This document shows positions 1 to 13,932 of a DNA stretch of 64,000 bases, piece by piece (the first letter of the stretch is position 1; every line of letters begins with the position of its first letter). The stretch comes from Podarcis tiliguerta (Eukaryota): assembly GCA_965153285.1 (NCBI GenBank), contig OZ229115.1; one strand, written 5' to 3'. The notes beneath the pieces were generated by a model. The model was not told the DNA's origin and did not search any database. It saw only the letters and a list, made by a program, of their open reading frames with translations. Position numbers and translations under genes: made by a program.

Positions 1-460
1 CTGAAGTGTTATGGGATTTTTTAAAGATATGCCTATTTCGTGTCACATAATTTTGCACAGAATGGATGAGTGAGCCCATAGGCTCCAATGCTACCAAAAT
101 AAACATGCTTAAAATAAAGGGGGCGGGATCGAGAGAGCTCCTGGGTAGTTAATATTCAATATCCAATGAAAACAAAGGGAGCTTTTGCATGGGTTTGTCT
201 GACAATCTTAAAGTCTTGAGTCTTAACCAATCTTAAAGATTATATCTACCAGGGATGTACAGGAAATTCCCTTTTATTTGTTAATTAAAGCATTGTGTGT
301 GTGTGTGTGTGTGTGAATAGCAATGCTCTTGTGTCAATACTCATTAAATTTATACTGCCATGCGGGTTGAGATATAATAACACACAAACCTGCTTTTATT
401 ATTTATTTATTTGTAAATAAAACTTCTAACTTCATTATAAAAAAATTACATTTCCTACAT

Positions 461-571
461 CACTGGTGTCCAAACTTTTTTCAAAGAGGGCCAGATTTGA
501 TGAAGTGAAGGGTCCTGAGGGCCGATCAAAGGGCCAACCAAAGTTGTTGATTTTTAAGGGTTTTTTATAAT

Positions 572-625
<54 letters not shown>

Positions 626-805
626 TTATTTGTACCCCACCCATCTGACTGGGTTTCCCCAGTCACTCTGGGCAGCTTCCAACAAAGATTAAAAAGACAT
701 CTTTAATTTTAGCATTTTACCCCAAGAAATAAGCTGCCACTGGGGCCAGGTTAAACCCACCAGTGGGCCGGATTAGGCCCCCAAAACAGATTTTGGACAT
801 GCCTG
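461..805. mobile_element. hAT-type MITE, interrupted by an L2 3' tail
   Basis: Imperfect TIRs cactggtgtccaaa / ttttggacatgcctg; 8-bp TSD tcctacat (453-460) / tcctacag (806-813); subterminal gggccgg motifs. Confidence 0.75.
570..712 (-). mobile_element. L2 LINE 3' tail with (AAT)n microsatellite tail
   Basis: The reverse complement matches the gttggaagc-gcccagagtg-ctggggaaacccag-cagatggg tail seen at ~16330 and ~54876; (AAT)n at ~575-624. Confidence 0.7.
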
Positions 806-2651
806 TCCTACAGGCTTTAAGAATCGAAATACTGTAGTTTTTCCTTCATCTTTATTCTCCATCCATCTTAGCTGTAATATTAATCCCCGTGCTAGTTCCT
901 TCCTTGTAAAGTTCCAAGTCCTTGTGGCAGATCAGAAGCCATATGTACAATCTGCAGGGTTAATACTAAAACAAACACCTCAGAATGCTGCCATGCCTGC
1001 TTTGTCAATGCTCATTTCTGTCAAGTCCCAGGGATGTAAAATGTCTTCCTCTGGCCTGCTGCCATCGAAATCTCCTACCCACAGGGCCACCAGTGTGTTT
1101 TCCTAAAAGAATTATTAAGCATCGGCTCCCTTCTGGGAATATATACCACTAAGGTTAGCCTAATCTCTTTTAACTGCAGTTTTCCCATTAAGACCTTTAT
1201 ACAAACTCTTGCCCACAGTGATCCACTTAGCATTATTCATTTGACCACTGAAATGCATGGATTTCCCCTGAGTTGGTAATGTCAAAGAGGGTCAATAGTT
1301 CAGCAACAGATTTATTTAAACCCTCAGAAAACTATAGGGAACTAAGTAGCAACAGTTCTATTTCTCACTGCTGCACACACTATGTGACAGGACTGACCAC
1401 CGACTTTGTTTTCATCGCTACAGCATGCATTGTTATTTCTCACGCTATTTAGGTGGTTACAGAAGCAAAGCTACTGCAAAAGTGATTTGGCATTTACTAA
1501 GGAATGGTTTTCAAGCTGCTGTGCGATTCTGTTTTGGATTTAATGCCACATTTGGATTTAAAGCCGGTGAGGTAGTTTTTCTTTCAAGGGATTCTTTCTT
1601 TCTACTTTTATTTTATTATTTCAAGAGAGAGAAAGAGGGACAAATTCAAGATGAAAGTGGCAATTCTGACTTTTTGGAAGCAAATGCTTTTGAAACAAAC
1701 AGGACCTCCTGCTCAGTAAACAACTTCAAGGAGTGTCAAAGAAAGATGGGTGCTCCTCATCCCAGTCCTTTCAAGCCTAATAACACATGTAGTTCATGTA
1801 CATTTGCTTAAAAATAATTCCCATTGGACTACAGTCTAAGGGTGCTTTATGGGTTGTACTGTTAATCATCAACAATAGTAAGGAATTTGGAGGTACTGCT
1901 GCACATTAAATAATACAGCTACTCCTTAGTGGGCATAATTCATATAATAATTCACACAGTTTATTCAAGAACTTGCTAAACAGTTCAGATCCTTCCCATA
2001 TAACCCTCAGCTTCAGTAAGAGAAAGTTAGTTTTTAGACTGAAATGGAAGCACATTAATATTTTTCTCTATTTCAAAGTCTAATTACAATTCTTCTCCCT
2101 CTCTCCCCACTTTGCCCCTGCCATTTTCTCTTCCCATTATAGCCCTCAAATTGGCCTGCAAATTTTGTTCCTTATTCTGTCCCTCCTACAATCTTTGTCA
2201 TGGAAATTAGAAACAGAATGTGAAAACACTGCAGAGATCAAACTCCTGAGCTAACCCTTTCAGGGCTGAATGTATAAGAAAAAGGAAAGTGTTATAAAGA
2301 ACAGAGATTACTTTGCAGCCATTTTTTTGTTCGGCTATTCCTTCTATGTGCTTTTTCCTAAAAGACCCCAATAAGGAAAGGCTATAAAGATTTCTATATT
2401 TCTACAAAACCGTGGGATGGGTCCAATAGAATGAATTTCTTCTCTGTTTAACAAAGGTCAATACTTTTTTCTTAAATCGTGGAGATGTACTGCTGCTGTT
2501 GCTTTCCTTTTTCTAACTTTCCCCAGTAGTCTATAGAAGCCTAAAACCCAGGGATTACTATACTAGAGCCAATTAAATTACTCTCTACAGGGCAAAAGAA
2601 AAAATCTCAACCACACATTTTACTTCCCCAAGCATCACACTGCAGCCACCT

Positions 2652-2762
2652 TACTGAAGCTAAGCAGATTTGGGTCTTCTTGGTTCAAAGATTGAAGATT
2701 CCTGGAAACCCTAAATACACTGCCTTGAATTCATTGATAGAAAGATGGAATCCATGTAAATT
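2652..2762 (+). mobile_element. Degenerate 5S rRNA-derived SINE remnant
   Basis: ctgaagctaagcag...tggttc...gaagattcctggaaacc resembles the 5S internal control region, followed by an L2-like tail. Heavily decayed. Confidence 0.3.
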
Positions 2763-3215
2763 CCAGGGCAGCTTTAAAGTCTCTCCTTTTGAGAATGAAC
2801 TGACAATATTTTCTTAATAAATGTCCATTATTAAATATGCAAATAGAGCTGGTGGGAAGAAAGCAGCTTTTGCCACTGAACAGTATCCAAAAGATGTTCC
2901 TGGTGTATCTGAGACTTCGGAAACATTTCAACAGCAAGCAGAATATACTGCTCCAAAACATGTTGGCAAAGATTTACCCAGTAAGATATGCACAGGATGG
3001 CAGAAGATCTGTCAAATTTGGCTTTCATTTGACCCTCAGAAAATACCTTTCCCAGCAGTATTGCCACAATTCTGTTGGAATAAATAAGTCCTACTGCAAG
3101 TAATCAAAGCCTACTCTTAATATACAGCCCTTCTCTTTAAGTTACCCCGGGCATTGGCCCAGGAAATGAATACAGGCTCTAAATGCAAGATTGAGAGAGA
3201 GAAAATAGTTATGAA

Positions 3216-3463
3216 GAAGAAGAAGAAGAGTTTGGATTTGATATCCCGCCTTTCACTCCCTTTAAGGAGTCTCAAAGTGGCTAACATTCTCCTTTCCCTT
3301 CCTCCCACACAACAAACACTCTGTGAGGTGAGTGAGGCTGAGAGACTTCAAGGAAGTGTGACTACCCCAAGGTCACCCAGCAGCTGCATGTGGAGGAGCG
3401 GAGACGCAAACCCGGTCCCCCAGATTACGAGACTACCGCTCTTAACCACTACACCACACTGGC
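3216..3463 (-). mobile_element. Squam3-like tRNA-derived SINE
   Basis: The reverse complement begins agccagtgtggtgtagtggttaagagcgg (A box) and ends in (CTT)n. TSD ttatgaa at 3209-3215 / 3464-3470. Near-identical to the copy at 38503. Confidence 0.85.
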
Positions 3464-4835
3464 TTATGAAATATGTACAGGAACATTTAAACTTAACCCA
3501 GTGTGAGTTTTCAAAAGCCAGCAGGCAAAAAACCCCACCGTCACTATCCAGAAACATAGATCCCACTGATCTATCTGAGCATATCTCAGTAACTAGACTT
3601 GAAGTGGCTTCACTTGCTAATGACTTAATTTGCACCACTGTTATGCAAAAGGGGCTTTGGAGCATTTTTATAGGATCCACAAACACCCCTTTACTGCATT
3701 AAAACATCTGGTGATTTTTTTAAATCAAATGTAGGTCTCTTTTGAACACTGCAGCTTTCTTTCACAGGGCATTTCCTGCAACTGATTCTGTGACACCTTT
3801 GAAAAGCATGCAGAATGAAATAAATTTTAATACAGCTTTCCCATTTGGTCATTTTCATAGTAGGAGTGACAAGCTCTGGTGAAGAGCAATCATGATATAG
3901 AAACTGACTAATAACTTTGGGGCTAAAGTTTTCCCTAGGAATAGGAAACCCATAGTTAAGTTTACTAATATTCAACTGCTTGTCACATCTGCAGTTTTAC
4001 ATAATCATAACATTCCTCTTATCCAGGCATGTTTTGTGAACTCACTTCATCAGATACGCACTGCAACAATGGCAGATAAATGCAAAAACCACAGCCTGTG
4101 TTGATTCAATTTAAAATAAGCATAATGACCACTCCCAACAAAAGTAACTATCTTTGTAATGTTAAGTAAATTAGCACTTGTACTGGGACAGGAAACCATT
4201 ATCTATTCAAGTCTCAAGGAATATCAAATAAAACTTTGCTATTGACTTTGTTTTTTCCAATTAGAGCTCCCCTTTGAAACTGCTCTGCACAGCAGCAAAA
4301 TGCCCAGGTGCTCCAAGATGCTTTGCTGTTAACCCGGCTTTATTTTAACCCTTGATCAAATTAGACCAATTGCCCCTGCAGAAGAGTCACATGACATGAA
4401 ATGCACTGTACCAAATGCATCGCTTTCAGGGTTTCATTTGTTAAGTCACAGATTGTGCAGGCCTGGCTGGTATTTCTTTAACAAAGGAGCAAACAAGTTT
4501 TGCATGTCCCCCACACATTGAGTTGAGACGTATACACAACTCGAAACAAACAAGGTTAACCGATAATGGTACTGATTTCATATCCTACTCACACAAAGAC
4601 ACCTTGTATGTAACTCACAGGAAATGGAGAGTACATTTGCACAGAGAGAGATGTTACATACAAAGAATCCACAGAGATTGCCAGCAGTTAATATAACAGT
4701 AAAAGATAACCAGAAACACTGCCTTGTTTTCATTTGCTTTCAAGATAAATCAGGGTTTCAGATAAAAATAGAGAATGAGTGCCTGGTTCACAACGTGCTA
4801 AATGATTCTCATAATTGAATGTCAGTTAAAAGAAT

Positions 4836-4986
4836 GCTGGGCTCTCAGTTGGTAAGAGCATGAAACTCTTAATACCGGGGTCGTGGGTTCAAGCCCCATG
4901 CTGGGCAAAAGATTCCTGTATTGCAGGGGGTTCGACTAGATGACCCTCGGGTTCCCTACCAACTCTACAACTTTATTATTCTATGA
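4836..4986 (+). mobile_element. tRNA-Lys-derived SINE with CR1-type 3' tail (lacertid P.s.1/POM-SINE-like)
   Basis: ctcagttggtaagagca (A box), actcttaat (Lys-CTT anticodon loop), gggttcaagcccc (B box), then the CR1 tail gactagatgaccctc...ccaactctaca...attctatga. Confidence 0.8.
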
Positions 4987-6829
4987 ATAAAGGGGAAATG
5001 GTGCTTTCTTTTGATTTCCCCTTGGCTGTACTCAAAGCAACAGACAAAGCAGCACCAAGCAGAATGATCAGCCATCTAGTGGTGGCTCAGCACTGCCTTC
5101 CTGTTGCTGCTCTTTCTTCTGTGCTTAGGGCATCACCACCTCTGCTGTCCCTTTGCCCACCTTGCTGGTTGTTGGGAAGTCCTCCCCACCTACTCATCTG
5201 CCAATAGTGCAGGAGGAGAAGAGAGGATCCAGGGCCACCCATCAGCCATGGCATAGCCGGCTAGTCCTAAGGGCTCATAGGAACCTGGATCTAGACCTGC
5301 AAAGCAGTTTGTGGTGGACTTTAAATTCTGCCTGTACACAGCTGCACACTCTGGCCCAGTTGGTACAGAAGCTACATTAAACCATGGTTTTCCTGGCTTA
5401 ATTATGGATTGTTTTTAACATCAAAACCCAACCTGACTCCCTAAACATGGGTTCTTTGGGGCCCAGAAACCAGCACCAGAAATCTTGGTTTGAGGCTGGT
5501 TTATGAAACTCAGTTTGCACTATCATTTACCATCTCATCCAAACTCAAGCGCCCAGCGGAACCCACCCACTTTCTATCAAAGCAAATGCAGCACACACTG
5601 TATTACAGCCAAATAGTATAAATTATTCTTGTGTGAGAGAAATATTCCTGAAGTATGATGCCTTTTCCAGGGGCCTATACAAGTCTCATATCCATCACTT
5701 AAGTTGCACTTAAAATTCTAGAATACTACAGAATACAGTTTGCAGTAACATAAATCATTCCAGAATAAAGTTTGCCGAAACCTAAATGCAGGCAAGGCTG
5801 AAGGATGTTTCTTACCATTAAAAGTTCAGGTTTATTTTTAATGTGGAAGTTTTTCTCTACCCCTAACCTTTCCGTATTCCCCCTCCCCAAATAAGTTCTC
5901 TCACTGATCAGCCCTAATATGAATAATTTCTTCTGAAAGCCTACATCTGTGCCAATTTTCTTCATGTTTCTGTTCAGACAGACTTTATGCTTATGAGAAA
6001 AATATGGAGTATGCTCATTAGTCTGATCAACAAACCTCAAAAGAAACTTAAAGCAGGATGATTTATTTAAATAAACATATTTGTCTATCTAAAAGGGATC
6101 TAAATTGAGGAGAGCATAGCCAAGTTAACAGAACTTAAAATGAAATAATTGGAAATACATTTGAATGCCGGATGCTTCTAAGAATAATGTTCCTCCGAAA
6201 TATGAAATGGGTTGAACCTTCCCAGAAGCAGCTGTGCAAATCTGTAAACAAACATACTTGCACCAACACCAGCTTAATTTATAGGAGTGAGGAACCTGAT
6301 ACAGTCAGACTTCCAGCTCCCATCAGCCCTAGCCCAAATGGGCAATGGTAAAAAATTATGGGATGTTTTGGCCCACCCTTGCATGGTGCTTTAGGTACAA
6401 TCCTATAAGCAGTTACTCGGAAATTCAGGGAATTTGCTTTCTTTAAATGTGCATGGGTTTGCAGCTGGTTTAATAAGTATTCTACATACAATATTATTAT
6501 TAATAATATTGTTATTATAGCACCATCAATGTGCATGGTGCTTTACAGCATACAAGAGGACAAGTCCTTGGCAGTGGAAATTATTCTAAAATTCAAAGGA
6601 GAAACAAGGAAGGAAGTGTAAGGAAGTAGAGAAAGCAGAGGAAAAAATGTGTGATTATTTCAGTTACATGTACCGTATTTAAAGCACACGCCTCCGCCTC
6701 CATATACACAAAGAATTCTGGGAACTGTAGTTTGTTAAGGGTGCCTAGATAAACTGACTTCCCCACCCTAGCCATTAAATGGTTGAAATTAAGACAGGTG
6801 AACTAAGCTTGCCACTGTTGTGCTCATAT

Positions 6830-6922
6830 CCCGTTTGCAGGCTTCCTACAGGGCTCTGGTTGGCCACTGTGAGAACAGGATGCTGTACATTGGCTTGATC
6901 CAGCAGGCTCATTTTATGTTTT
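6830..6922 (+). mobile_element. Old SINE/CR1-tail fragment
   Basis: ggttggccactgtgagaacaggatgctg...tgatccagcaggctc-ttttatgtt; a related minus-strand copy lies at ~51760-51900. Confidence 0.5.
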
Positions 6923-9900
6923 TAAGCCCATGAGTGGAGAGTGGGAAGTAACCAGGAATAGGTCTACGCATGGAAGCACTGTGAGCTTCGTTCAGTTTTG
7001 GTATTCAAAACTCAAGAGCCTGAAGTGTGTCCACCCATGATCTAAAGGAGCATCTTTTTCAGTGTGAACTGCCTGCCAATTAATAACTCCTGCAGGAATC
7101 CCCTGGTGACTCAGGGACTTCTGTGTGGTGGTGCTCAAATTATGAAATTCAGTCCCCAGGCACATTGGCTCCTTATATTTTAGATACTGGGCAAAGTTTC
7201 TTGCTCTCTCGTGTCTTTAATGGCATTAGTGATTATTTTAATTGCATTTTTGCTGCATTTTTTAAATGAGCTGGTTCTGTTGTTTCATGGCATCATCTAC
7301 TTAAGTTTATGCACTTTAGTGTCCTATTCTAAGCAGCCTAAAGGTGACTTTGATGAAAGGCAGGATATGCATGCTAGAAAGAAAGGAATAACTATTACAA
7401 TAGCCTCCATGCAGCTTTACAAGTAGGAGGTTGTGTAAAAGTTTGAAGTTCTTATCTGGCCTTTTCATGAATGATTCATGAAGGGGCAGAATGAGGAAGT
7501 GTTTTAAAAAAAAACATTCGGCCCCATACAAAGACAATGCGAGTTTAAAACATTTGAACATTTACAACTTATTCCATCTTCTAATCGTTACTCTACAAAC
7601 CTTGCGTGGAACAATGAGAGCTTCAGATGGTGCATTATCATCATTATGGCCAACAATAAGTTTAAAACACGTTGATGAGACAGTGTAAAAAGCAGCTTTG
7701 TCCAACTAATTAATAGCTTAGAGGAAAACCCAAATTGAATCTGTGCTTGTTTCAGAGAAATTGTGCGGCTCTAATAAACAGTTAAAAGTGGGACTGACAG
7801 CTTCAAAGATAGGCAAACAGGCAGATAAGATAAACCTGCACAATGCATACCTGCCCAATACTTTCCTCATCATTTCCCTCAACTCTTCCAAGCTCAATTC
7901 AATTACAGTATTACTAGATTTGCAACAAAATTACCTTTCATCTCAGCTTCTTTTAAAGCTATTTGGCATTTGCTAGTATTTTCTATTATAAATCTAATTG
8001 CAGATTCCAAACAGACAAGGGCTCATTAAGCCTTAATTATGCACATGTTGTTTTCAACAAACATTTTCATTTGGACTGCTGTGAGCTGTAATTGTTCGGA
8101 AGGCACCACAGCCTCAGAATTTAATGCTCTGCTGGAATGGCAGAAGCTACGATGACTGGGTTCTTACCTCAGCGGCATGGAAGCTACAGCAACACCACTC
8201 TTGCCAAAGCAGCTAGGGAAACCTAAAAAGCCTCAGACAGTGCAGGAGGAGACTGTGCCTTGCCTCCTCCCCATTCCAGCATTATGGGTTTGTGTTGGCC
8301 TGGGAAGAAACAGGAATGTGCCAATGCTTGGGGATGCATTATTTCAGGGTTGCATCTAAGGCTGACCTTCCACTCACACAGCATACTTCTATATGCACAC
8401 CGGAGCTTCTAATTCCTGCCCCCTGCAGCTCTCCCCACCGCGCACCCTCAACATCTACTCCACCAGGAGATCCTCTGGAGCAGATTTGGGGGATGGGTGG
8501 GAAAAGGAGAGAAGTCATGTTGTTCAAGGAGAGGTCTGCTCATGTAGCACTGGAGGCAACCTGAAATATCTTCCATTCAACTGCTTTGTCCAAAAGTGCA
8601 ACCCAACACTGCAAAAAAGATGTTTGCGGAAGGATGATCTAAAATGTGCCGTATCCTTTTATTTATTCAAAACCAAATCACGCTTGGGTCAATGGAGTTA
8701 CTCTCCAGTAAGTGTGCACAGGATTGCAGCTCAAGAGTCTTGTGGAGGATACAAGGCATACGTCAGATAATGGTATGGGAAGGAAGGAAGGAACAATTAT
8801 GCTAAGAAATGAAAATCAGGTTTATTTTCCTCCAAGGGCATGATATAAGCTCTCAGACATCTTTTTCAGGCTCTGTGCTGCATTGTTGAAACAAAAACAG
8901 AAAAAATGTTGGGGTAAGCATAAAATTGCATGGCCTTGCCCTTGGAGGCGGGGGGGCGGGGGGGCGGGGGGGAGGCAGGGGGGTTGAAGGAAGAAGGAAG
9001 CCCAACTACTTGCTTTTCCATAGTTTGACCTAGAAAGGTTTTCTAGGTCACTTCTAGTTGGCATCCCAGCATCTGACCCACTAAATCTAATGCAATAAAA
9101 CTGTAGAGTTCATTTTAGCCTGTCAGTGTCAGATCATTCTTTAAGTTTCAGATGCAACATTTACAAAACCACTATTCATATATTCATAAATAAGATCTTA
9201 TTAGGCTTCTCTTCAGAAGGGAACATATATTTGCTTGCTTCACACTGACTCATGCTGACAAAGGGAAATGTAAAAGCTGTTCTCTCAAACTAAGCTCATA
9301 TATTCACACGCACACACATGCGCGCGCACACACACACTTGTTATACCCAAGTCACACGGGAGTTGCTTATACTAAGTTCACCACAAACCTCCCTGTTCTC
9401 AGATCTGGCTGTAGAAGCGGAGAGGAAAAGAGGGGACTATGCTACCAAGCTTCACTAATACTGACATGAACCTGCTGCTTTCAAGGCAGTTGTAAATAGT
9501 GACATACCAGGGCATCTGGATTAAGAAAGTGGGTTGCAGAATCCAAAGTAGACTCAATTGCAGAGTCTATAAAAGCTATTTAAAATACTAACTTCCATCT
9601 GTCTTTTGAGTAATCCTTGAGATGTGCAGAACTTGCTTTCAGTTGAGCTTGTTTCTCTTGACAGTTTCACCTCTAAAGAAAAGGGGTGCTTCCCCCAACC
9701 TTGCCAGTCTCATCACTGACCTTTGCAATGCAAATAATTGATTTAAATCACCAAGAAAAAAATGCTGTTCTAACTCGTTGATTTAAATCAACTTTCCAGC
9801 TTTCTAACTAACATAGTTCCTGAATAAACATGAAGACTGGCTGGTTCTACAACAAATAAAACATGCCGTTTAAAACGAAATCACTCAGGAACATAATCCC

Positions 9901-10529
9901 AAACTTGTTCCAGCAGCCCCAGTAACTTTTGCACTATATATGATACAACTGCTTAGCAGAGCGATTATGGAATAAATTGTCTCATAAGAACACTAAGAGA
10001 TAACTTCCTTGAGGTTAGGTTTGAAAACCTTTCAGACCCAGTGACTACCACTTATTTGGGAACTATTTCACCATGACAGGGAAAGTAAATAGTTATGAAG
10101 TTCATTGGCAGAGTCTAAATATTTATTGTTTGAAAATTATATGTAGAAATACACGATCTATTCCTGTCATGTTTATGCTTCTTAAGCTCAACTGTAACAT
10201 ATTTTTCATCCCTGGTTAATTCTTCTAAAAAGCAATGTAGGCTTTGACTCTTAAGGCCTAGTTTTCATGTCACATTAAACCATAGTTGAAAGCAATGAGA
10301 AGAGCTCTGTTGTTTTGACACCCCACCAATCCAATTTGGGAGGGCATGGGGGTACAAGAGGGGGGGAAGGGGGACCATCACTGAACTAGCAGAAGTCCTA
10401 GCCCTATTGTTTGAATGTGAGTATGCAGTTTGGCTTTCATTTATTTTGAACTATCATTTAATGTGGCATGTGAACCAGGCCTACTGTGTGACAAAGGGAC
10501 TTGAATTAAGCTTTAAGACATTATGAACA

Positions 10530-10779
10530 ATAGAATCTTAGAGTTGGAAGGGACTCAAGGGATGAGGCTACATTTTAATATTTTAATGTTCCATTATTTT
10601 AATGTTGTACTTTACTTTTGTTTTAAGTTGTAATCATTCATCTTGTTTTTATTATTGCTTGTAAGCCGCTCTGAGCCCGGCCTTGGCTGGGGAGGGCGGG
10701 GTATAAATAAAAAATTATTATTATTATTAAGGGTCATCTAGTCCAATGCAGGAATCTCAGCTAAAGCATCCATGACAGA
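10530..10779 (-). mobile_element. CR1 3' end fragment split by a later insertion
   Basis: atagaatcttagagttggaagggactcaaggg [insert] aagggtcatctagtcca...ctaaagcatccatgacaga. Confidence 0.75.
10562..10728 (+). mobile_element. L2-type 3' tail nested in the CR1 fragment
   Basis: T-rich UTR, ttgtaagccgctctgag...gggcggggtataaataa(att)n tail; TSD aaggg at 10557-10561 / 10729-10733. Confidence 0.75.
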
Positions 10780-13700
10780 AGAGTGCAGTATGCATCCCAT
10801 TCAAACATAATTCATTATTTTACAGACATTTAGCAGAGTGGACTTTTTTAAAATTAAGAAATCCCATTTATTTTTACCTTTAAATTATTGATTTTATCCA
10901 TCTTAGCAGATCTGCCAAATGTATTTTGGCATGTGAGCATTTTGTGTTCTTCGCAAATTTCTTGGTAAACTTTTTTGAGTCCCAGAAAATCCTCTAAAAA
11001 TCACTGGGTTTTGTAGCATGAGATGGATCCACCTTCTTATAAATATTCACATACCTTACAGAGATATGACTACCTAAGATTTTGCTGTCTGACTGTTCTT
11101 TTGTTCTAAACAGAGTATTGCACCTGTTTCCCTAGATACCCTAAACAAACATAACCTGAGGTCCTTTAAAGCTATGCACACTGCACCTTTCTTCACCCAA
11201 GATTACAACTTCCATTGTGCCACATAATTTGGCTTTAGTAGGATTCTGCTAGACCTTTCTTTTTTCTGAGAGTGCTCACAATAAGGAAAAACTAATCACC
11301 ATCTATGTAACAGTTCATGGAGGTGCTCTCCTTCAGTGCTGTATGAACAGTGATTTAGCTGAGCTCTCCAAAGCAAAGCACAATGCAGAACATAAAGGGG
11401 GAAAATTCATCTTTAAAAATACAATTCTCGCAACCCAGGCAGCCAGCTTTATACAACATCCTCATTCGCTTCTGAAGGACTCACTCTAATAGTAGGGTAT
11501 ACATGCTCTCAGAAACAGAATACCAAATATTCAAACTGTTTCTTTTTACATAACACTGTTCTACTGTTTCCATTGTTGTTCATGTTTGCTTTTTTAAAAG
11601 CACAGTGTCAAACCACACCCTACTACTTTGGAGAACTGGCCTTTTGATCAGGCAACTGCAAACAGTCCCCCTGTTCTAGGGTGGGTTATCCTATAAAATC
11701 TGTAGATCATACCACACCCTATTCTCTCCCCCAGTATTCCTCTGTAGTGCCTCACCTCCTCTACCCACAAGAAATACACCAGGGAAGGACAGACCTATGG
11801 GATCTACTCTGTGTTGTATCAGAACACTGAGAAGGGTTCCAACTGAAGTCAGGTGCAAAAGACACTCACTTATAATTAAAGAATACAGTGCCTATGAGCT
11901 GCTGTATGGTGCTTTCTGAGTACCAGAACTGACATCAGTTGACTGTTCTTCACATAAAAATACACAACTTATTATTCATATTTATTTATTAAACTTTTTC
12001 ATTCCAGTAGTCTAATTGTGAAGGGGCTCATTTCATTTATTGCTGTTGTCATGCGGAAGTCCAAAAACTTAGCTGATCTGCTGCAAATCACCCAGAGATT
12101 GACCAGTAGAACGAGATCTCAATTCTGTCCATCCCTTCTCAACTCTATCAGCAGTATCGTCCTGACATGGGAAGAACTTGAATGTACATTCCATAATACT
12201 ATGAAATACAGTATTTCATATTATTGGCATAAGTCACAAACCCTCAAATTAAATCATCAAGGCTGCAATACTACCCACACTTGGAAATAAAACCAATTGA
12301 ACACAGTGGAACTTACTTCTAAGTAAGCATTCATAGGATTTAGTTTCTCAAGACTGCTACCTTAGAGCAGGGTTAGGAGAATGAAAATTCATGGGCCCCA
12401 GGAAATAATGGACTTAAGTATCTGAACAAATGGCAAGGAATGCTCTGCCTACAACATTTATTAACATTCATGGCCAAATTGTTAAGACCTCTAATTCTGC
12501 CTCTGCTTGGCTCTGCTGCTGAATTCACAGCCTGCTTTGTGCTAAGTCTTTAATAGAAGCATTTGGAATAGACTGTTCTGCTTGAATTTGAATTAAAATA
12601 AATTCAGAATGAAGAAATGCCAAGTTAACAGATCACCCAACCTTGCAAGAGATTAAAGAACAGTACTGCCAAATGTACATTTCCAAAAATACTGCTCATC
12701 CAAATGTTATTTAAAAGTGAATGAATATATCAACCAATAATCTCCATTGCGGGATTCAAACAACGAATATTCTGAGCTTCAGTTCTGTGACCAAGAATGC
12801 ATTTGCAAGGCAACAATGCTGCAGCAGCCCTGAAAGAAGCCTTTGCAAGAGTAAATGAGGTTATTTTGGCAGGAAAGCGGATGTAACAAACAAGCGAATT
12901 TAACTGAATATGGTAAACAGAGATGGAGCGATTATAGCAGGAGTAAATGTAATAGGGTTCTGAGTTGCATTGTATTGCTTCGACTGACCACAATATCTGA
13001 TAAAAGCAGTGGAAAAAAAGTTCTGGTTTCCTCTCCCACATAATTGATTATCTTAATGCAATCTGCAGTTTTTCTTTCTTTCTCTTACACACGCACACAC
13101 AAAAGGTAAATCCCCTGAAGTTCAGTATGTCAGTCACACTAACAGCAAAGGTGGCTGGATAGTCTTGATATTTCGATTGATACACTTCATGACTGAGAAA
13201 GAAGCAAAGCCGCCTTCCTATGTAAACACCTGGCATGGTTATATTTATTACAATCCACACACAACCAACAGAGATCGCAGCAGGCTTGCCTTTTCAGGTT
13301 ATGGGCAGATATTTCTCAGGGGTGTGTGCTGTATGTTATACCCTATTAAGCAGAGCTACTCCAGGGCACCGTTCGTCGACAAAAGAAACACTGTTTTCAG
13401 TTTGCTAAAAACAATGCTAATGTGACAGTAAGATCTCATCAGCCTGCTGCAAGTGGAAAACCAAGCTATGTCTCTCAGACTGCAATGCAGGAAAGGGTAA
13501 ACAGTGCAGATCACCCATTGCTAGAAAACAAAGTGCAAAAATTACAGCAAGCTACAGGAGGGAGTAAACAAGTTAATTCATAATTCCCTCCATTACCACC
13601 ACCAAATTACTCCCCTTATTCTCAAGAGAGCACACAACTGTGCAAGCAACTACTGCAAAATCCCCTGAACAGTCAGCACTGTTTTATGCAGGTAGTTGAG

Positions 13701-13932
13701 CTCAGTCCGCTTCAAAGAGTGGCAATGTTGGGGATTTACCAGCATCCCAAGACTAACAGGGGCAGAGGGTCCTTCACTGTAACAGTGATGCCATTTCTAC
13801 TTTGCACAGAGTAAGCGCAAATATCAAATGCAACCCAAGAGAATTCTCAGTTTGTATGCCCCACCTCTTCCAGCTTAGGGGGCCCTGTTGAGGATGGCAT
13901 GCGCAAAGGACCCCAGAATCCTTGATGCGGGG

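Noticed and set aside
3154-3702. 182-aa ORF, and the mutually similar ORFs at 38484, 49363, 52302, 31187 and 63233
   Set aside because: These are translations of SINE copies; the similarity reflects repeat identity, not a gene family.
4836-4905. tRNA-Lys gene
   Set aside because: The acceptor stem is degenerate and it is fused to a CR1-type tail, so it is a SINE head. The same applies to the Squam3-like and Sauria SINE heads.
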